DNA from: Balanoglossus misakiensis
Lineage: Eukaryota; Animalia; Hemichordata
Length of the DNA stretch: 64,000 nt
Direction: 5' to 3'
Assembly: GCA_040954595.2 (NCBI GenBank)
Contig: CM082596.2
Location: 9,444,461-9,508,460 of the forward strand
Position numbers and translations under genes: made by a program. The notes under the pieces are model-generated. The model made no database searches, was not told the DNA's origin, and was given only the letters and a program-made list of their open reading frames with translations. Of this stretch, positions 13,058 to 26,857 are shown in pieces (the stretch's first letter is position 1; each line of letters begins with the position of its first letter).

Positions 13058-15562
13058 CCAGATATTAACTGAATATGCTCACGTGCAGTACTGTGATTGG
13101 TTGACAGAATAACAAGATCAGAAAAACCAGTGTTAAACCATGTTGGTTTATAGTGTATATGGTGTAAGGGTTGTGTGTTGCACCATTGTGAAATGTAAAC
13201 ATGTTTGTGGAATTTTTGCCTTGTCAATTTTTGTAAGGGGTTAGGGACGATGTCAAATAACAAAAAATAAGTTTAGCTTGAAACCCCTGCACTCCCCCTT
13301 GTAACCTAATTGTTGAATACTGATCAGTGCCTCTTATTATTTCATTATTGTGACAACTCCATATTTAAACCATAACCAGGATAGAAAAGTACACTATCAC
13401 ACATATTGATATTTCGACAATATTTGAATGAAAACATTTCTTTTCAATTCTGAGTTTACATCAGGTCTTGATTGATTTTTCTGCTTATAGAATAAGAATA
13501 TGCAATGTAAAGAATTCTCGACTTACTCCACTATTTTGTTCGATGGAACACTTTTTTGGGTCAAAACCCCCACCCCCTAAACTTCAAGAAGTAAGATTTT
13601 TATCAGACCTGAATCCTTTGACATCGTCCCTTAACTTGGCAAGGGGTACTGGAAATTGAGGTGGTTGTGATGCAACAGGTGTGCCCTCGTGTGTTAATAG
13701 AAGAGAGGATGAAGTCAGTGGGCTAACCATTGCTGTTGAGGGCGCTCTTACATATTCAAGGTTGCAGGTTGAGCTTTGTATCGTTTGCATTTTAAATAAA
13801 ATGTGTAGAGCTATGGATGAGATCTAATATCCAACATGGAATAGTAAAAAAGGAGTCTTATACCAGTTCCTGAACAAAAAAAATTAACGTCAGATTTGTT
13901 TTCTTGATAAAATTTCACTACAGATTGATACGAAATGTGAGAAAAATTGTCCTCTGCTTTCATTATGGTCTTGCATCATACCCAGGGTTAGTGTAGGTCA
14001 TTCAAGTTTAATGAGAAAATTTCCTAAAACACCAATTTGAGGTTTCGTAACACATAACACCCATAGGGACTTTAACACCAAATTTCAGACACAGCAGACA
14101 AATACTTTTAGAGAAGTTTTATTGATCAGAACTAACAATTTCCCCAAATAGGGATAAAACACCAAAAAATAGAAAACTAAAGATCTCTTCACAACAGGTG
14201 GTCTACTCAAGGTCCTGCATACCAATTTTCAAAGCAATCCGAACAGCAGTTCTGGAGTCAATTTTCCACATTTGAGCTTAGTATAATTTGGGCAATGTCA
14301 CCTTCATTTGAATGAAACTACAGCAGTTCTCAAGTTTTTTTGCAATATATCGATGCTGAATTGTGCTATAAACCTGCATTGGTATGTGTACCAAAACAGA
14401 TGTAGAAAATATCGCTGTTCTACACTAGTGGTTGTAATAATTCAAACATCTGGTAAGAAAATGAATGTGTCCTACATTGGCAACAGAATTAGATATCTGG
14501 TAGGTAAAAGCTCACATTGGTGTGGATACAAAGTGTGAAGTTGCGTTAATTTTAACAGACACAAGAACAGGAACAAAGTAAACAAATTTTAAAAAAGCAA
14601 CAATTGTCTTAGAACTTACTATGGATGAGAATGGTCTGGAAGACGTACACACCACATATTTTATGCCAGCTATATAAGTGTAGCTCGTATTAGAAATATT
14701 GCTGAAAATGGTCTCCCCCCCCAAATACAAATTTGTGGGTTTTCCTACACCTCGATCAAATGATTCATCTCACATCCCGAAAAATGTGCATAGTAAATTT
14801 TAAAGCTATTAGGAGTACTCTGATAGAAAAGTGAACTTGACAAAAATGCCTTAAAACATAACTTTGCATATTTTAAGCACATTTAATAAAAACAATCTGA
14901 TTACTGTTATCCCTGGGTTTCTGAATGCCAAATATCAAAGCCATCCCATGTACAGTATTTTAGGAAGATTTGAAAAGAATTTCTGAACAAACTGCTTTAA
15001 AACAAAAATTATTACTTTTAAAGGACACTTAAAAAAATCTAGTTACTGTTATCCCTAGGCTTCTGAATACCTAATATCAAGCCATCTGATGTGCAGTATT
15101 TTAGGAAGATTTCAAAGGAACTGAGCAAACAGCCTTAAAACACAAATGTGCATATTTTAAGCACACTGAAAAAAACTCTATTCACTGTCATTCCTGGGCT
15201 TTTGAATACCTAATATCAAAGCTGTCCAATGTGCATTTTTTTGGAGGAGAGTTCAAATGAATTAATGAACAAACTGCCTCAAAACACAAATGTACATATT
15301 TTAAGCACACTTTTAAAAAATCTTATTACTGTCATTCCTGTGTCTGGGTACCAAATATCAAAGTCGTCTGATGTGCACGTTTGATGAAAAAGACTTCTAA
15401 AATATTTTTGAAGAAACTATCTTAAATTCTAATGTCCAACGAGTTCGTGTGGGTAACAAAACTGAAACTATTCACCACTCTAATAGTGGCTGAAAACATT
15501 GAAATCCTAGCAATGCGCCTGCAGAGTCATTGTAAAAGAATGTGATGTATGGTAGGGAAAGC

Positions 15563-18500
15563 TCAGCGTTTGCCCTTGCTAGGTTTGGTTCTGTACCTGG
15601 AAATAAGAGGCAAATAATTACATTGTAAGAATGGGTGATAAAAATAATCTAATGTTTGCAACCTGACTGATATTCATTGTCAAGCAACTTTAAGATGTCT
15701 GGAGATCTTGAAATATTTATTTCAGGACAATTTGGTTACATCTTACTAATACAATCTCCAAGATCCTACACACCAAACTTGAAAGAAATCTGATAAGTGG
15801 ATTCAGAGAAAATGATTTGGTCAAAAAACGGAAAGAATTGCCCTCAAGAGAGAATTATTCAAAGTTCACTACAATTTTAAGCGAGTAAGGAAATCTCTAG
15901 GAAGCTTGCAAACGAAGTTTCAAAGCAATTGGACCATTGGTTTCAGATATTTTTAACAAACAAAGAATGGCAAAATTTGCTCCAAAAATCCAATCATGCA
16001 TATGTCAGGACAATCTGAAAACATGTTACTGAAAATATCCATAGAAACCTGTACACCATGACAGACATTCCACCAATGTGATGAGCTCAGTTGTCACCGA
16101 CAGCAGACCGAAAAAGTAGTTTTACCTCAATTGTACAACTGTTCCGTTGTCTTTCTTGTATACAATCTGCACTGGCAGTTTGGATATAATGTTCTCTTCG
16201 GAGCCAAGGGAACTGATATCTGCCTTGTATGGCGTGTACACACCATCTATGACCAGACATCTGTGGAAGAGAAAAAAAAGTTCGCGCATTTTTTGGATGA
16301 ACTTTTTGAAAGGGGAAGACAACACAGCTATGATTTTCTTCACATGTCCCAAGGAAAGCCAAGTTGGTTTGTGCCAAATACTAAAATGTTATGATTTAAG
16401 TATTTTCAATGGATGTGAAATTGACAATATACAACTTGGTTGTAAAAGTGAAATTTTTAATCATAACCAGGTTATACTACTGGTCAGAACAGAGTGCATG
16501 ATCGTGTATTAATAGTATTTTTGGCAGATGAGATCACCATCAGACGTTGTCCAATATGAAGAATTTAAATTTGGTGTCGTTTGTCCAGTAGTTTAGCCAA
16601 AGATAACGCCACACTGACATGTGTGGAAGTGATAATGAAGATGTACTAACTTCTCGTCTGTGTCTATTCCTTGAAGTGTACCATTTGCCTCAAGAATTTC
16701 AGCATCATCTTCTATAGTCTGAAAATAAGTATGAGACATATTAGTGAATCTGAAATATCTGTATAGTAGTGTTGATAGTGTGTAGTGACTGTTAGAAAAC
16801 ACATTAAAGCCCCAGTATTTCTCATTTTGACAATTTTTCATCATCAAAAATGTTTTTTCCGCATTCATCTTGGAATACTAGATAATGAAGATATTAGCAA
16901 GATTTGTGCTGCTGTAACTATGTGCAAACCCTAAATATTGCCTGTAAAATTTGAAATGACCGACAGGTTTGTTTACAACAGAAATGGTGCATATGTGAAT
17001 TTTTGCGAGTTTCTTCAAAAATTTACTAGATTTGGGACAATCAAACCTCTTCAGTGTGGGTTCTATAAATGTTATGCATGGCTGAATCTGTGTACATTTA
17101 GTTGTATAGGCACAGCAGGGGTTAGATTGGATTCCATGTGTCAACAAAGCCTGACTTTCTGTCCGGACAGAAAGTCATTTTCAATTGTTATATTGAAAAG
17201 TATATACATTTGTGAGCAGGGCTGGTCATAAAAACTGTGAGAGTCATTATCAATTATTATCTACTTTTAGAAATTGAAGATATTTCAAACAAAAATATGT
17301 CGAAACAAGAAATACTGAGGCTGAATTTTGACAGTGGATGAATACTGACCTTTATTTTTGTGGAGACTGTGCTATTGACATGATTGACATCCTTGTACTT
17401 GTCTACGATTACTGGTCCAATTTTCCCTTTTGCACCTTCTCTGACTTGCAGGTCACACTGTTTGCCCCAAAGGTTCATTTGCATTGACCTCAAACCATCT
17501 GTTAAAACGATATCTCTTCTACGTGTTTTATTTGTTGTTTGCTGTTCGTGCGAAACCTAAATGTAAAGAAATTAAATTCCAAGGTGATACTGTGCAATGG
17601 AAATGTGTCTTGACTGGTACAAGTAATGCTAGTCAATTGGTGAAATAAGAGTAAGAAAAGGTGTTGTTTAGTATGGTAAGTTTACAGTTATTGATGTGAA
17701 ATTAAATTATTCTCACCGAAGCATTTTCTGCCTGTATAATTTTGGATGACAATCAGAAATCATCAAGATAAGAATTTTAACCTGCAATGTTGTAGAAATT
17801 AGTCATCACTGTGAGGAATCATGGGGAGAACAGTCAATTTGCATAGAAATCTATTGGGGGAAAGTAGGCGTTATTGTCTGAGTAAACAAAATATTTTGTC
17901 ATAATGTGTGCATATGTGATTACCTTATCAATTCTAGCCACAACACTGACCCTCCTTTTTCGAGGCGAGTGCTGTAAATCAGCTAGTGGGACCTCCTCTG
18001 GTTCATTGAATAGTTTCTCCTGTTCTTTTTCAACTTTGAATGCATTGTTCCCAGTACGGGCAATCTACGGCAAAAAGGAAAAAAATCAATTAAAATGTAA
18101 AGCGATATTATTTGAAGATTACAACATGTAAGTGAAAATTCGGGAATGGGTCATGAAATAAATCTCGTTTTTGAATAAATTAGGGGCAAGATCTAAAGTT
18201 CAATAAACGTAACTTAATTGTTTAAAAGTTTGGTCTCAGACCCACCCCCCACTCTAACTAAACAGACCGAAAATTGAAAAACATTCGAAGCGTACCCTGC
18301 ATTAATTCTTTCAGACAGCGTACTATTAAATTGAGTGAAAACAGAAAACCATTATTAATTGACAAAAATATTCATATTGCAACACAACAAAAAGCAGTCT
18401 TGAAATCTTTCGTTTTGCCAAAAAGTCGAATCGTTTTTGACTGCAGACATGAATTTGGCCCAAAAACCCAACCCCCAAACTTGATCATTTTTTTGTAAAC

Positions 18501-18859
18501 ATCAATCTTTTGACGTTGCCGTTTAGTAGAGAGAAAAGACGAGATCTATCGGAATTGTAATATCATGCGATGTCGAGTTTTGAGGTTTATAGAGGGAACT
18601 GACGATTAAAGGGTCAAGACAAGTGTTCACCTTGGTATATTTGTTGACGCCAATCTCACCGTCTCGACAATTAGTGAACCGCCGTAGTTCCTTTTGTGAA
18701 TTTATCGACGCACCCGTCTTTCCAGATTTTAATTTCGTGGAAGTGGCCGTTGTCGTCGATTGCTGTTAAGTTGTAGAAGGGTCCAGTTGCGGCGTAACGC
18801 TCTTCAGGTTCTTCCAGAACCTTTATTTTTATGGCTAGATCTTGACTGTTGGTTGCCAT
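15563..18859 (-). CDS. Six-exon tandem OB-fold (RPA1/SSB-like) protein inside the Helentron; apparent frameshift in exon 1
   Basis: Exons 18859-18631, 18064-17924, 17556-17350, 16718-16651, 16260-16126, 15596-15563 have GT-AG boundaries and compatible phases (0,0,0,2,2). Peptide has OB-fold-like motifs (IKVL...LTAIDDNGHFHEIKIWK...RFTN...GEIGVNKYTKI; VSVVARIDKV...RRRDIVLTDGLRSMQMNLWG...VNSTVSTKI). Exon 1 is 229 bp and needs one frameshift near 18680. Confidence 0.72.
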
Positions 18860-19194
18860 TTTCAGACTGGGATCTGATGCAACCTGTGAACAAGTGGATA
18901 ATGGTATTTATGAGTTCATGAAAACAGTAGACAGTTGCAGCGAAGTTAGACAATTTCTCCTGAGAGCTGTGATTGTGTTAATGATGATTGCGTCGAACGC
19001 TAGACGAATGATTTTTGTACACATTGATATGTCTATGATAATAAATCATAATACCGACTGGTAACGTATTCAGGCAAAACTGGTGAAACGGTTGTCATGC
19101 AATCTTGTCCTGAATAAAATATGAAATGCTGCGACATGGTTTCGCAATAACGCAAAGGCATTCCTTTTAGTATTACCATACAAATAGGAAAAAA

Positions 19195-19560
19195 CTTTAC
19201 TCACTTGCTTATTTAATGATTCCTTGTGGACGACAGGCACTTCTGGGTGTCGGACACTTTTTCAGTACACGTCACTGAGACGCACTTCTGGATGGCGGAC
19301 ACTTTTTTTCCAAGTATACGTCACTGAGACGCACAGGACAGAAACTTTTCTCCTAGCAGGTTTCCGTAAAAATGACCCACGCCAGAGCACGAGGGTGGGT
19401 TTATATACTGCTCATGAATATTCAGTGGATTCTGAGCCTGCAAAGTCCGAACCAATGGCAGGTATGGGAAAGAAGAGATCGAACGTAAAAGTGAGCAAGG
19501 GAGTGGGTGTGTCCAAGTGTAGTTTCCAAAAATGTTGCAAGTTTGAAGATGGGCCAATGA
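19195..19560 (-). promoter_or_regulatory. Candidate Pol II promoter and non-coding first exon of the OB-fold gene
   Basis: Minus-strand TATATAAA at 19400-19407, CCAAT motifs near 19452 and 19554, GTGAGT donor near 19204 and a TTGTTCACAG acceptor near 18884 just upstream of the ATG. Confidence 0.4.
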
Positions 19561-22500
19561 CAATTCAAAATCGAAATGCATACACAATTAGGTGAGCAGG
19601 ATCCTATTAGAATGATAAGGTATTCGATCTGAACCATGCAGAGTATTCTCGTTAATTGTGTTGAAACTTTAACCGAGAATCAGTGTTTTGGTCACTTTTC
19701 ATTTGCAGATGCGTACGCAAGTTGAGGCGTTGTACTAGTGTTGAAAAATCTTCACCATCGTTATGTATAGTATAATGTAAAGTTTGATAGGTATTATTTT
19801 TCCCGCTGAATATTTGATGAAATGTTCGATATCATTTTTCAAGATTTCATGAAACTACGCAGAGCCGTCGTAGCGGGCGCCGTACGGGCACCTGTGCAAC
19901 ACGATACGCATACACTGACGTTTTTTTGGAACAAAACACACAAAATAAAGGAAGTCGAAGACATACCGCCCATAGAAATTTTTAACCGCTAATCAAACAA
20001 AAGTATCAAAATGTATCGTTAAAATGTTTGTAATTTATAAACACGGTGTTCGTTGGGTCAAAACTGTACCATCAGACTATGTACAAAAACGGCAATAAAA
20101 CGTTGAAATTTGATGTATCCTGTGATTATAAGTCCGACTTTGTAGATTCTACACCAGCAGGCAGAACGAAAAACATCTTATTTCACACTAAACTTATAAT
20201 CGAAACTTTATGATAATGAACTGGGCTTCAATAGTAACAATTCAAAGACAGATTTACTGCGCGAAAGCTATAACTTTGTAGTTTTAGTTACAAAAACAAA
20301 GCTTGTTCGAAAACGACTTTTAATGAATGTCTACTTTTTGTCCGGTAAATTTTCCAGTTGGCCTACTACTTTCAAAATTTAAATGAATACAGAAATGGAA
20401 GCATGAGGTTCACATTTTAGAGAATTTGAACGAACGAAAGGGTGACAACAACAACAACTTGTAGAAATTATGGCTTTAGTCGTTTTATATTGAAATTTAT
20501 GTTTCGTTTGTAGTGGAGGCTGGTCGTTTACGCCAAACGTTTTTTTATGTTACACGCGGTTCAGAAATAGGTTAGGCGAATTAGATTTTTTTTGTTCATA
20601 TTATTCTAAATCAAAGGAGTATGCGATAAATTACACCACGGAAACATGTTTGCGATTGGAAAAGAGGAGCTTATCATACATGCAACGCCTGTATGCCACT
20701 GCGCTATTGCTGTATTGTTCTCAGAGCGAAGATTAAGACAGAGTATTTTCACATGTGAGAATAGATAATTTTAGAACGTGTGCCGAGAGACGCCCACTAC
20801 ATTTTTCTCTTCACGGCAAAGATCGAGAAATACACGAAAAATGATGTTTGAATAGACCAAGACCGATAAAAAGTAATGTAAAATCACATTATTTTGTGGA
20901 ATGAAATCAAAATTCGCTCATCACACTGAAGTCAGCAGGCCACAACTTGCAACATTTGTCGCGTTATCAAGAGAGAGTTGTAGCAGGCGCCGTGTGAGCA
21001 CGCGCAAGTTGGTTGTCCTATTCCTGGCAAACTGTGTTAGGATGTCATCGAAATTCCCCTTTATCGTCCACAATTCGACCTGAGTTAATAATAGAGTTAA
21101 AAACTGTGAGCTGATTCTAAAAAAAAATGTATCCGGAAACCAGCGACATATCGTTTTGAGTTGACAGCAGTGAAAAGAAAGTTAGTGGTCAGGGGTTTGA
21201 AGTACGTCGGGTTACCGGAAATGTCTTTTTTTCTTAGCATAATATTCTATTTTTGTTTTCAAAACATTAGTAGCCATCTTAGTTCTATTTTTGACACTTT
21301 CATTGGAATGCTTCGCTTAGGTATTAAGATATGTCGTCTGGTGTGTGTACTTCTGAATGTTATTTCACGGAAACTACCTCAACGGGACATAGAAATAGGT
21401 AATGTTCACGAAGCAAAGTGATGGCTGCTATCGTGCCTTCGTTCACATTCCGAACAATGTAGCGTTCTGTTGATCCTTCAACTGCGGTTGCAGTGCCGAA
21501 TGTTTATGTTTAGCGCCCTCACTGTCTGGAGTATGCATCCATGATGAAGCAAGTAGGACAGTCTTGTACAGTCTATCAAGTGCAGTTTTTATATGACTGA
21601 ATAGATTCTGGTGAAGTGAAACAACATTTGCGCTTTGAGAATTCTGTTAGAGAGGAAATGATGGAACTGTTTAGTATTGAAATCATGATCTTTTGTATAT
21701 TAATGTTCTTGCTAGTGTATTTGAGCAATAGAAATAAAATGAATATAACTGTCCAAAATATTACTGCATATTCTGTAGCGCACAAAAGTTCTAAAAAATT
21801 GAAACTTTTCATTGCTTTTTTTCCATGTTTTCTGTTCATCAAGAAAAAGTGGACAGAAGTTGGTAAAAACCAAAACTTTCACACTAGTATGTTTAACATC
21901 CGGGCAAAATTATCTTTAAAATGAGAAACATGACACTTTACAATCTGTCCTGTACAATTGTCATCAAGATTTGCGATTGATCATAGACTTCTTTCCGTTT
22001 TTGCTATGTACAAAGAAAATCTGGATAGAAATTGGAGAAAACAAACGACTTTGAACAGTTCAATTTGTACATCAGGCGAAAACTATCAAAAATGGTAGAT
22101 TTACAGATAATCTTAGGAGTTGATTTGAAATAATGTATCCTTTTTTAATCAAAAGTCATATCAAATAAGGTCATATTAGTATTATTTTTATTCTTTAATT
22201 GACTGAGGTACCAGAATTTTCTGTTACCAATACCGCTGATGATACATCTTACACTGAGTTAGGTGTTTTCAACTAATTGTTAAATCTGTAGCTATTTAGC
22301 AATCTTTTTTCCAGTCTTTTTGACAATTTTCTAGTAAGCCTTGATATTTTGAATGGTTTTGTTGTTAAATGATTAAAAATTATGTTCCCATTAAAAGACT
22401 TGGACTAAAATAGTCAGTTTTTACAAAGTGTTATATTAATTAAACTGTTTTGACAAGTGCTCTACATATCAGACAAAATTGTTTGTTAATCTTTCAAATG

Positions 22501-23174
22501 TTAAATTTTATCAAAAGCCAAATTTAAAATGTTAAAAACATGCTTCTTGAGGGTCTTTTTTCAGGTCATACACACAATAAGAAAACTGTATTTTAATGCA
22601 TAGATGCTGTTTTTTTTAAATATATATTTGATGAACAGAGAATATCATTTGTAAAAAATTGGCCATTATCAAGTGAAACTATGTATTACTATATGTTACT
22701 TTTGGAAGCTTGTGCAAATTTTTTTATGATTTTGTGTTCTATGGAAAATGGAGTTTTATTGTTGATGTTTTTGGTTATACAGTTATCTTATTGATAGCTA
22801 GTTCGATTTAAGTACCAAGACCATTCTCAGTATAAAAAGTAGAATACATTTTCCGAGAGAATAGCTAGATATAAAGCTGTGAAATTATGGTTGAATGAGG
22901 GGGTTTAATATTTAGTGAGTTATCAGTTTTTTTTATTTGCATGTGGAATTCAAGATTTAAGATTTGGTATAGAGATATCAAAGAAACGGAGGTAAATTTG
23001 AAATGACACTAACAGCACTAACAGGGCATAATTGACAAAGTGCTTTTTAATGTTTAATAGCATTTAAAAGCCCATTTGAACTTTATCTTTTGCATTGTTT
23101 TGTGCTTGACATGACTTCATAATTGAGTACAGAGATCTAATAGTAATCACTAGTGATTGTTGTAATAATTTTTT

Positions 23175-23846
23175 TTACACTGCTAGCCATATTGGTTTGT
23201 GGTCACTGTAGTATGATTCAAGTACACCAACTTGTGTTGACTGAATATTCGTATAAATATGATCAAGGCAAGATCCATAGTTTGTTGTTGGTTCTTGAAT
23301 AAGTTGTTTGTACTTGAGTTGGTTTGTCATAAATTCCATTAATTGCTTTACTGAAGATGTTTGTTGTAACAAATCAACATTGAAATCACCAAGTAGCACT
23401 GTTGGTAGATTTTCATGCAGTTGTTTGCTAAGGTTTAGAAGAGCACTTTGTAAGGTGTCTATTGATGTTGAAGGAGGAATGTAAATAGCAACTACTTGAA
23501 GTAAGCCAAGTGTTGCTTTGTATACTGCTGTGACAAATTCACAGTGAAAGTAATGGTGTGAATGTGGAAGAGACTCCAGGGTGTTAGCGTTGCTGTACAA
23601 TACTAGCCCATGATATGGTCTTCTTTGTTGTTTACTGTTGTCATCATGTCTGGAAATTTCAAAATCTGGAATTCTGTAATCATCATTCTGATCAGCACTT
23701 TGTAATCTTGATTCACTGCAAATAAGTACATCAGCTGATGTCAAATTGAAATCATTCACAACATCTTGGAAATGGCAATGGAGAGATCTTACATTTTGAT
23801 AAGCAATAATAAATTTGTTTGGTATATCATAGGGAAAGTCAAACAA
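23175..23846 (-). pseudogene. Helentron C-terminal apurinic-like (EEP) endonuclease domain
   Basis: Motifs YQNVRSL, ICSESRL, IYIPP, LLGDFNVD, CLDHIYTN, YSDHKPI; frameshifted from the helicase part. Confidence 0.9.
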
Positions 23847-24640
23847 AGTTGTAACATGGAATGAGATCGCATGCGTTGCATTTCTTGTGTGACATCAGTG
23901 CTGACAGATATTTGATTTTCGTGTAATGTGGTTATGTGAAGACCAGCCAGTTTTGTGACCCTGCTAAGCGCAACATAGTGTATATGACACTGGTTTCTGT
24001 TTGAAGCAGTGCTAAAATCAACAACCACATCATTCAGAGTATCACCTTGGCAACGGTGGACAGTTTTTCCACTGGCTGGTCTAATGGGAATTGTTTTCTA
24101 ACAACTTCAGCATTTCTGTGTCTTCCTACTCTGAACTGCCGTGATATCTGTGCAATGGGTGTCCATGATTTGGTTATTTTTCTGTGGTATAAATTACGTT
24201 TTTCTTGTCGTAGTGCCTTGCTATCATCAAATAAAATCCATAGAATTGTGACATCATCCAAGTCTGGTCCATCAATAAACTTGATTATTCCTGGAGTACC
24301 GTTTATTAATCCATCATCAACACACAGATTCATACACAGTTCAACTCGTTGATTTATTCCAACAGATAATTGAGATACTAATCCCATTGTCTTTTGAGGG
24401 CCTAACAATTTAACTATGGCTAATGTTTTTTGTTTCACTGTTTCAGAGACATCCCCAATTACAGTATCAGTAGCAAATACATTTGTTTTAGTTTCTGTGA
24501 GTCTATCATACACTGACATATTATGATCATCAACAAGTTTGTTCTCACAATACAGATGAACTATTGAATCATCATAAGGTGGACTTACATTATTGCTTTG
24601 TACTATCCGAGTTTTGAGAATACTTATGTCATCTGATGGG
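23789..24640 (-). pseudogene. Helentron PIF1-family (SF1B) helicase, C-terminal half only, frameshifted
   Basis: NL.VDDGLINGTPG, RKQFPL, (H.CQGDTL)..VVVDF, HIHYVALSRVT motifs in two frames; no Walker A/B region present. Confidence 0.88.
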
Positions 24641-26857
24641 CATAGCAAAATGCTCATTGTGAATCAGTGTTTTCATCAACATATGGATGAGAAAGCATTG
24701 TATCTAATGTTCCACCAGCATGATCCTCTAATTTTGTTTCTTCTGTCCAATCATCATTATCATTATCATCATTATCATCCTCATCATTTTCATTACAGAT
24801 TACCGGTTCACATAATTCAGAAGCAAGATTTGTACCATTATTGTCCAAGAATTCTTCCCAGTTATCATCAGACTCATTTTGATCACAAACATTCCAATTT
24901 GTACCAATTGTTATCTTTTCTGCTTTATACAAAGGACTGTTTTCAACTAACCACTTTGCTGCTATTAAAACTTTCTGATTCTGATTTTAACATTTTCAAC
25001 TTGGTAGGCATGATTGTAGCTGATTTTCCTCTTGAATTTGACTGGTATTGTTTGTGATTCATTGATAGTTCTCGGTAATGTCGAAACAGTACTAGAGACA
25101 TCTGCTATGACATTGACAATATTGCCTTTGAGACTAATTTGTCTACCCCGTGGCAATTCTCTTATTTGCATGAAAGGAATACGCAAGGCCACAAGTCTTT
25201 CTTCAAGTGGATGTAATTGGAACTCTGGTGGGATTACTGGAAATGACATTTTGTTTGCTACAGCACAGGGTGGCAGCTTTGAGTCTTTTAAATACGAGTA
25301 GCAAGTTCTACATAATGGTGACATTTCATCAGTTGTGGCATTTGCATTTACATGGGTTGATGAAAATAATGATAATTTACTTTGGATATTATTGTAGTTT
25401 ACAACACTTTCTCTGTACCACAGCTGTTCACAGCACACACATACAAATGTTGGACCATTCTGAACTGATTTATGAAATACATCAATAAGCTCTTTAATTG
25501 ATTTGGCACCACCACAATTTCTGTTAATTTTCTTAGCTCTTGCATCTGCTTCCCTTTCAGATTGTCTGTACACTTCATCAGACCGTCTTAATTTCATTGA
25601 TTCAACATTTCTCTGTTGTTCACGTTGTCTGTACATTTCATCAGACCGTCTTAATTTCATTGATTCAACATTTCTCTGTTGTTCACGTTGTCTGTACATT
25701 TCATCAGACCGTCTTAATTTCATTGATTCAACATTTCTCTGTTGTTCACGTTGTCTGTAAACTTCATCGGACCGTCTCAATTTCATTGATTGAACATTTC
25801 TCTGTTGTTCACTTTGTATGTACCCATGATCGGACCGTCTTAATATCATTGATTGAACATTTCTTTGTTGTTCACGTTGTCTGTACCCTTCATCGGACCG
25901 TCTTAATTTCATTGATTGAACATTTTTCTGTCGTTCCCTTTGTCTGAACACTTCATCGGTCCGTCTTAATTTCATTGATTGAACATTTTTCTGTCGTTCC
26001 CTTTGTCTGTACACTTCATCAGATCGTCTTAATTTCATGAAATCAATATTTCTCTGTTGTTCACATTTTCTGTACACTTCATCAGACCGTCTTAATTTCA
26101 TTGATTCAACGTTTCTCTGTTGTTCACGTTGCCTGTACACTTCATCAGACCGTCTTAATTTCATTGATGCTACATTTCTCTGCTGTTCATTTTGCCTCCA
26201 CCAACTATTAGATCTCTTGATTCTTTTACATGATAAGTCTCTTTGTTTTTCATTCTCCTTAAAGTCAACATTTTTTCTTTTTTCTTGCTTTCTCTTCTTG
26301 TCTCTCTCTTTTTCCCTTTCCCTATAACTTGCAAAGTCTATATTATGTGTTGTGATCATATCATGTGTTTTGCCCGATTCATGATCAGAGTCCTCAAGTG
26401 TCTGTGTAAGATGTGTATCTGTTATCTCAAGGAAGTCATAGTGACCACTATCAATTTGTCCTTGTTCACGGATTGCATGATATAACAGGTGTATTGTCAC
26501 TGAGGAATCACCCTCTGTGAGAAATGGTTCATTGAGAATATCTAAATGAACTGCAATCTTCACATTGTATGCTGAAGCAGCTGCAGTTATTTCAATATGG
26601 CCACCAAAAGTTGCAAAACCTGGATCAGATTTAGACATGTACTGCCTGTAGTCATCTTGATTATTTACACTAAATCTCTGATATTCAGCAATAATGAAAT
26701 CTTTATATTCATCCCAATGATCACTTATATAGTTTACAGTTTGTAATCTAACAGCATTATGATGAATCTGAGTTGCAAATAGGCCTTGACTTATAGCCCT
26801 AAATAGACAATTGCCATCACCCTCAATAACAACCTTTCTATAAGAATTTGATGACAT
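24641..26857 (-). pseudogene. Helentron polyprotein N-terminal part: OTU cysteine protease, charged 21-aa repeats, Cys-rich finger and pre-Rep domain
   Basis: GDGNCLFRAIS...GGHIEI...GHYD (OTU); CVCCEQLWY...CRTC...LEERLVALRIPFMQIRELPRG...KGNIVNV (Helitron pre-Rep region); frameshift near 24975 at a short AATCAG duplication; stop at 24654. Confidence 0.88.
25555..26195 (-). repeat. 63-bp coding tandem repeat, ~10 units (QREQQRNVESMKLRRSDEVYR)
   Basis: GACCGTCTTAATTTCAT recurs every 63 bp; frame is open across all units. Confidence 0.92.

Noticed and set aside
19600-23170. Genes or defined elements in the Helentron intergenic region
   Set aside because: Only short motif-less ORFs; a weakly similar GC-rich motif near 19872 and 20983 could not be tied to boundaries or TSDs.
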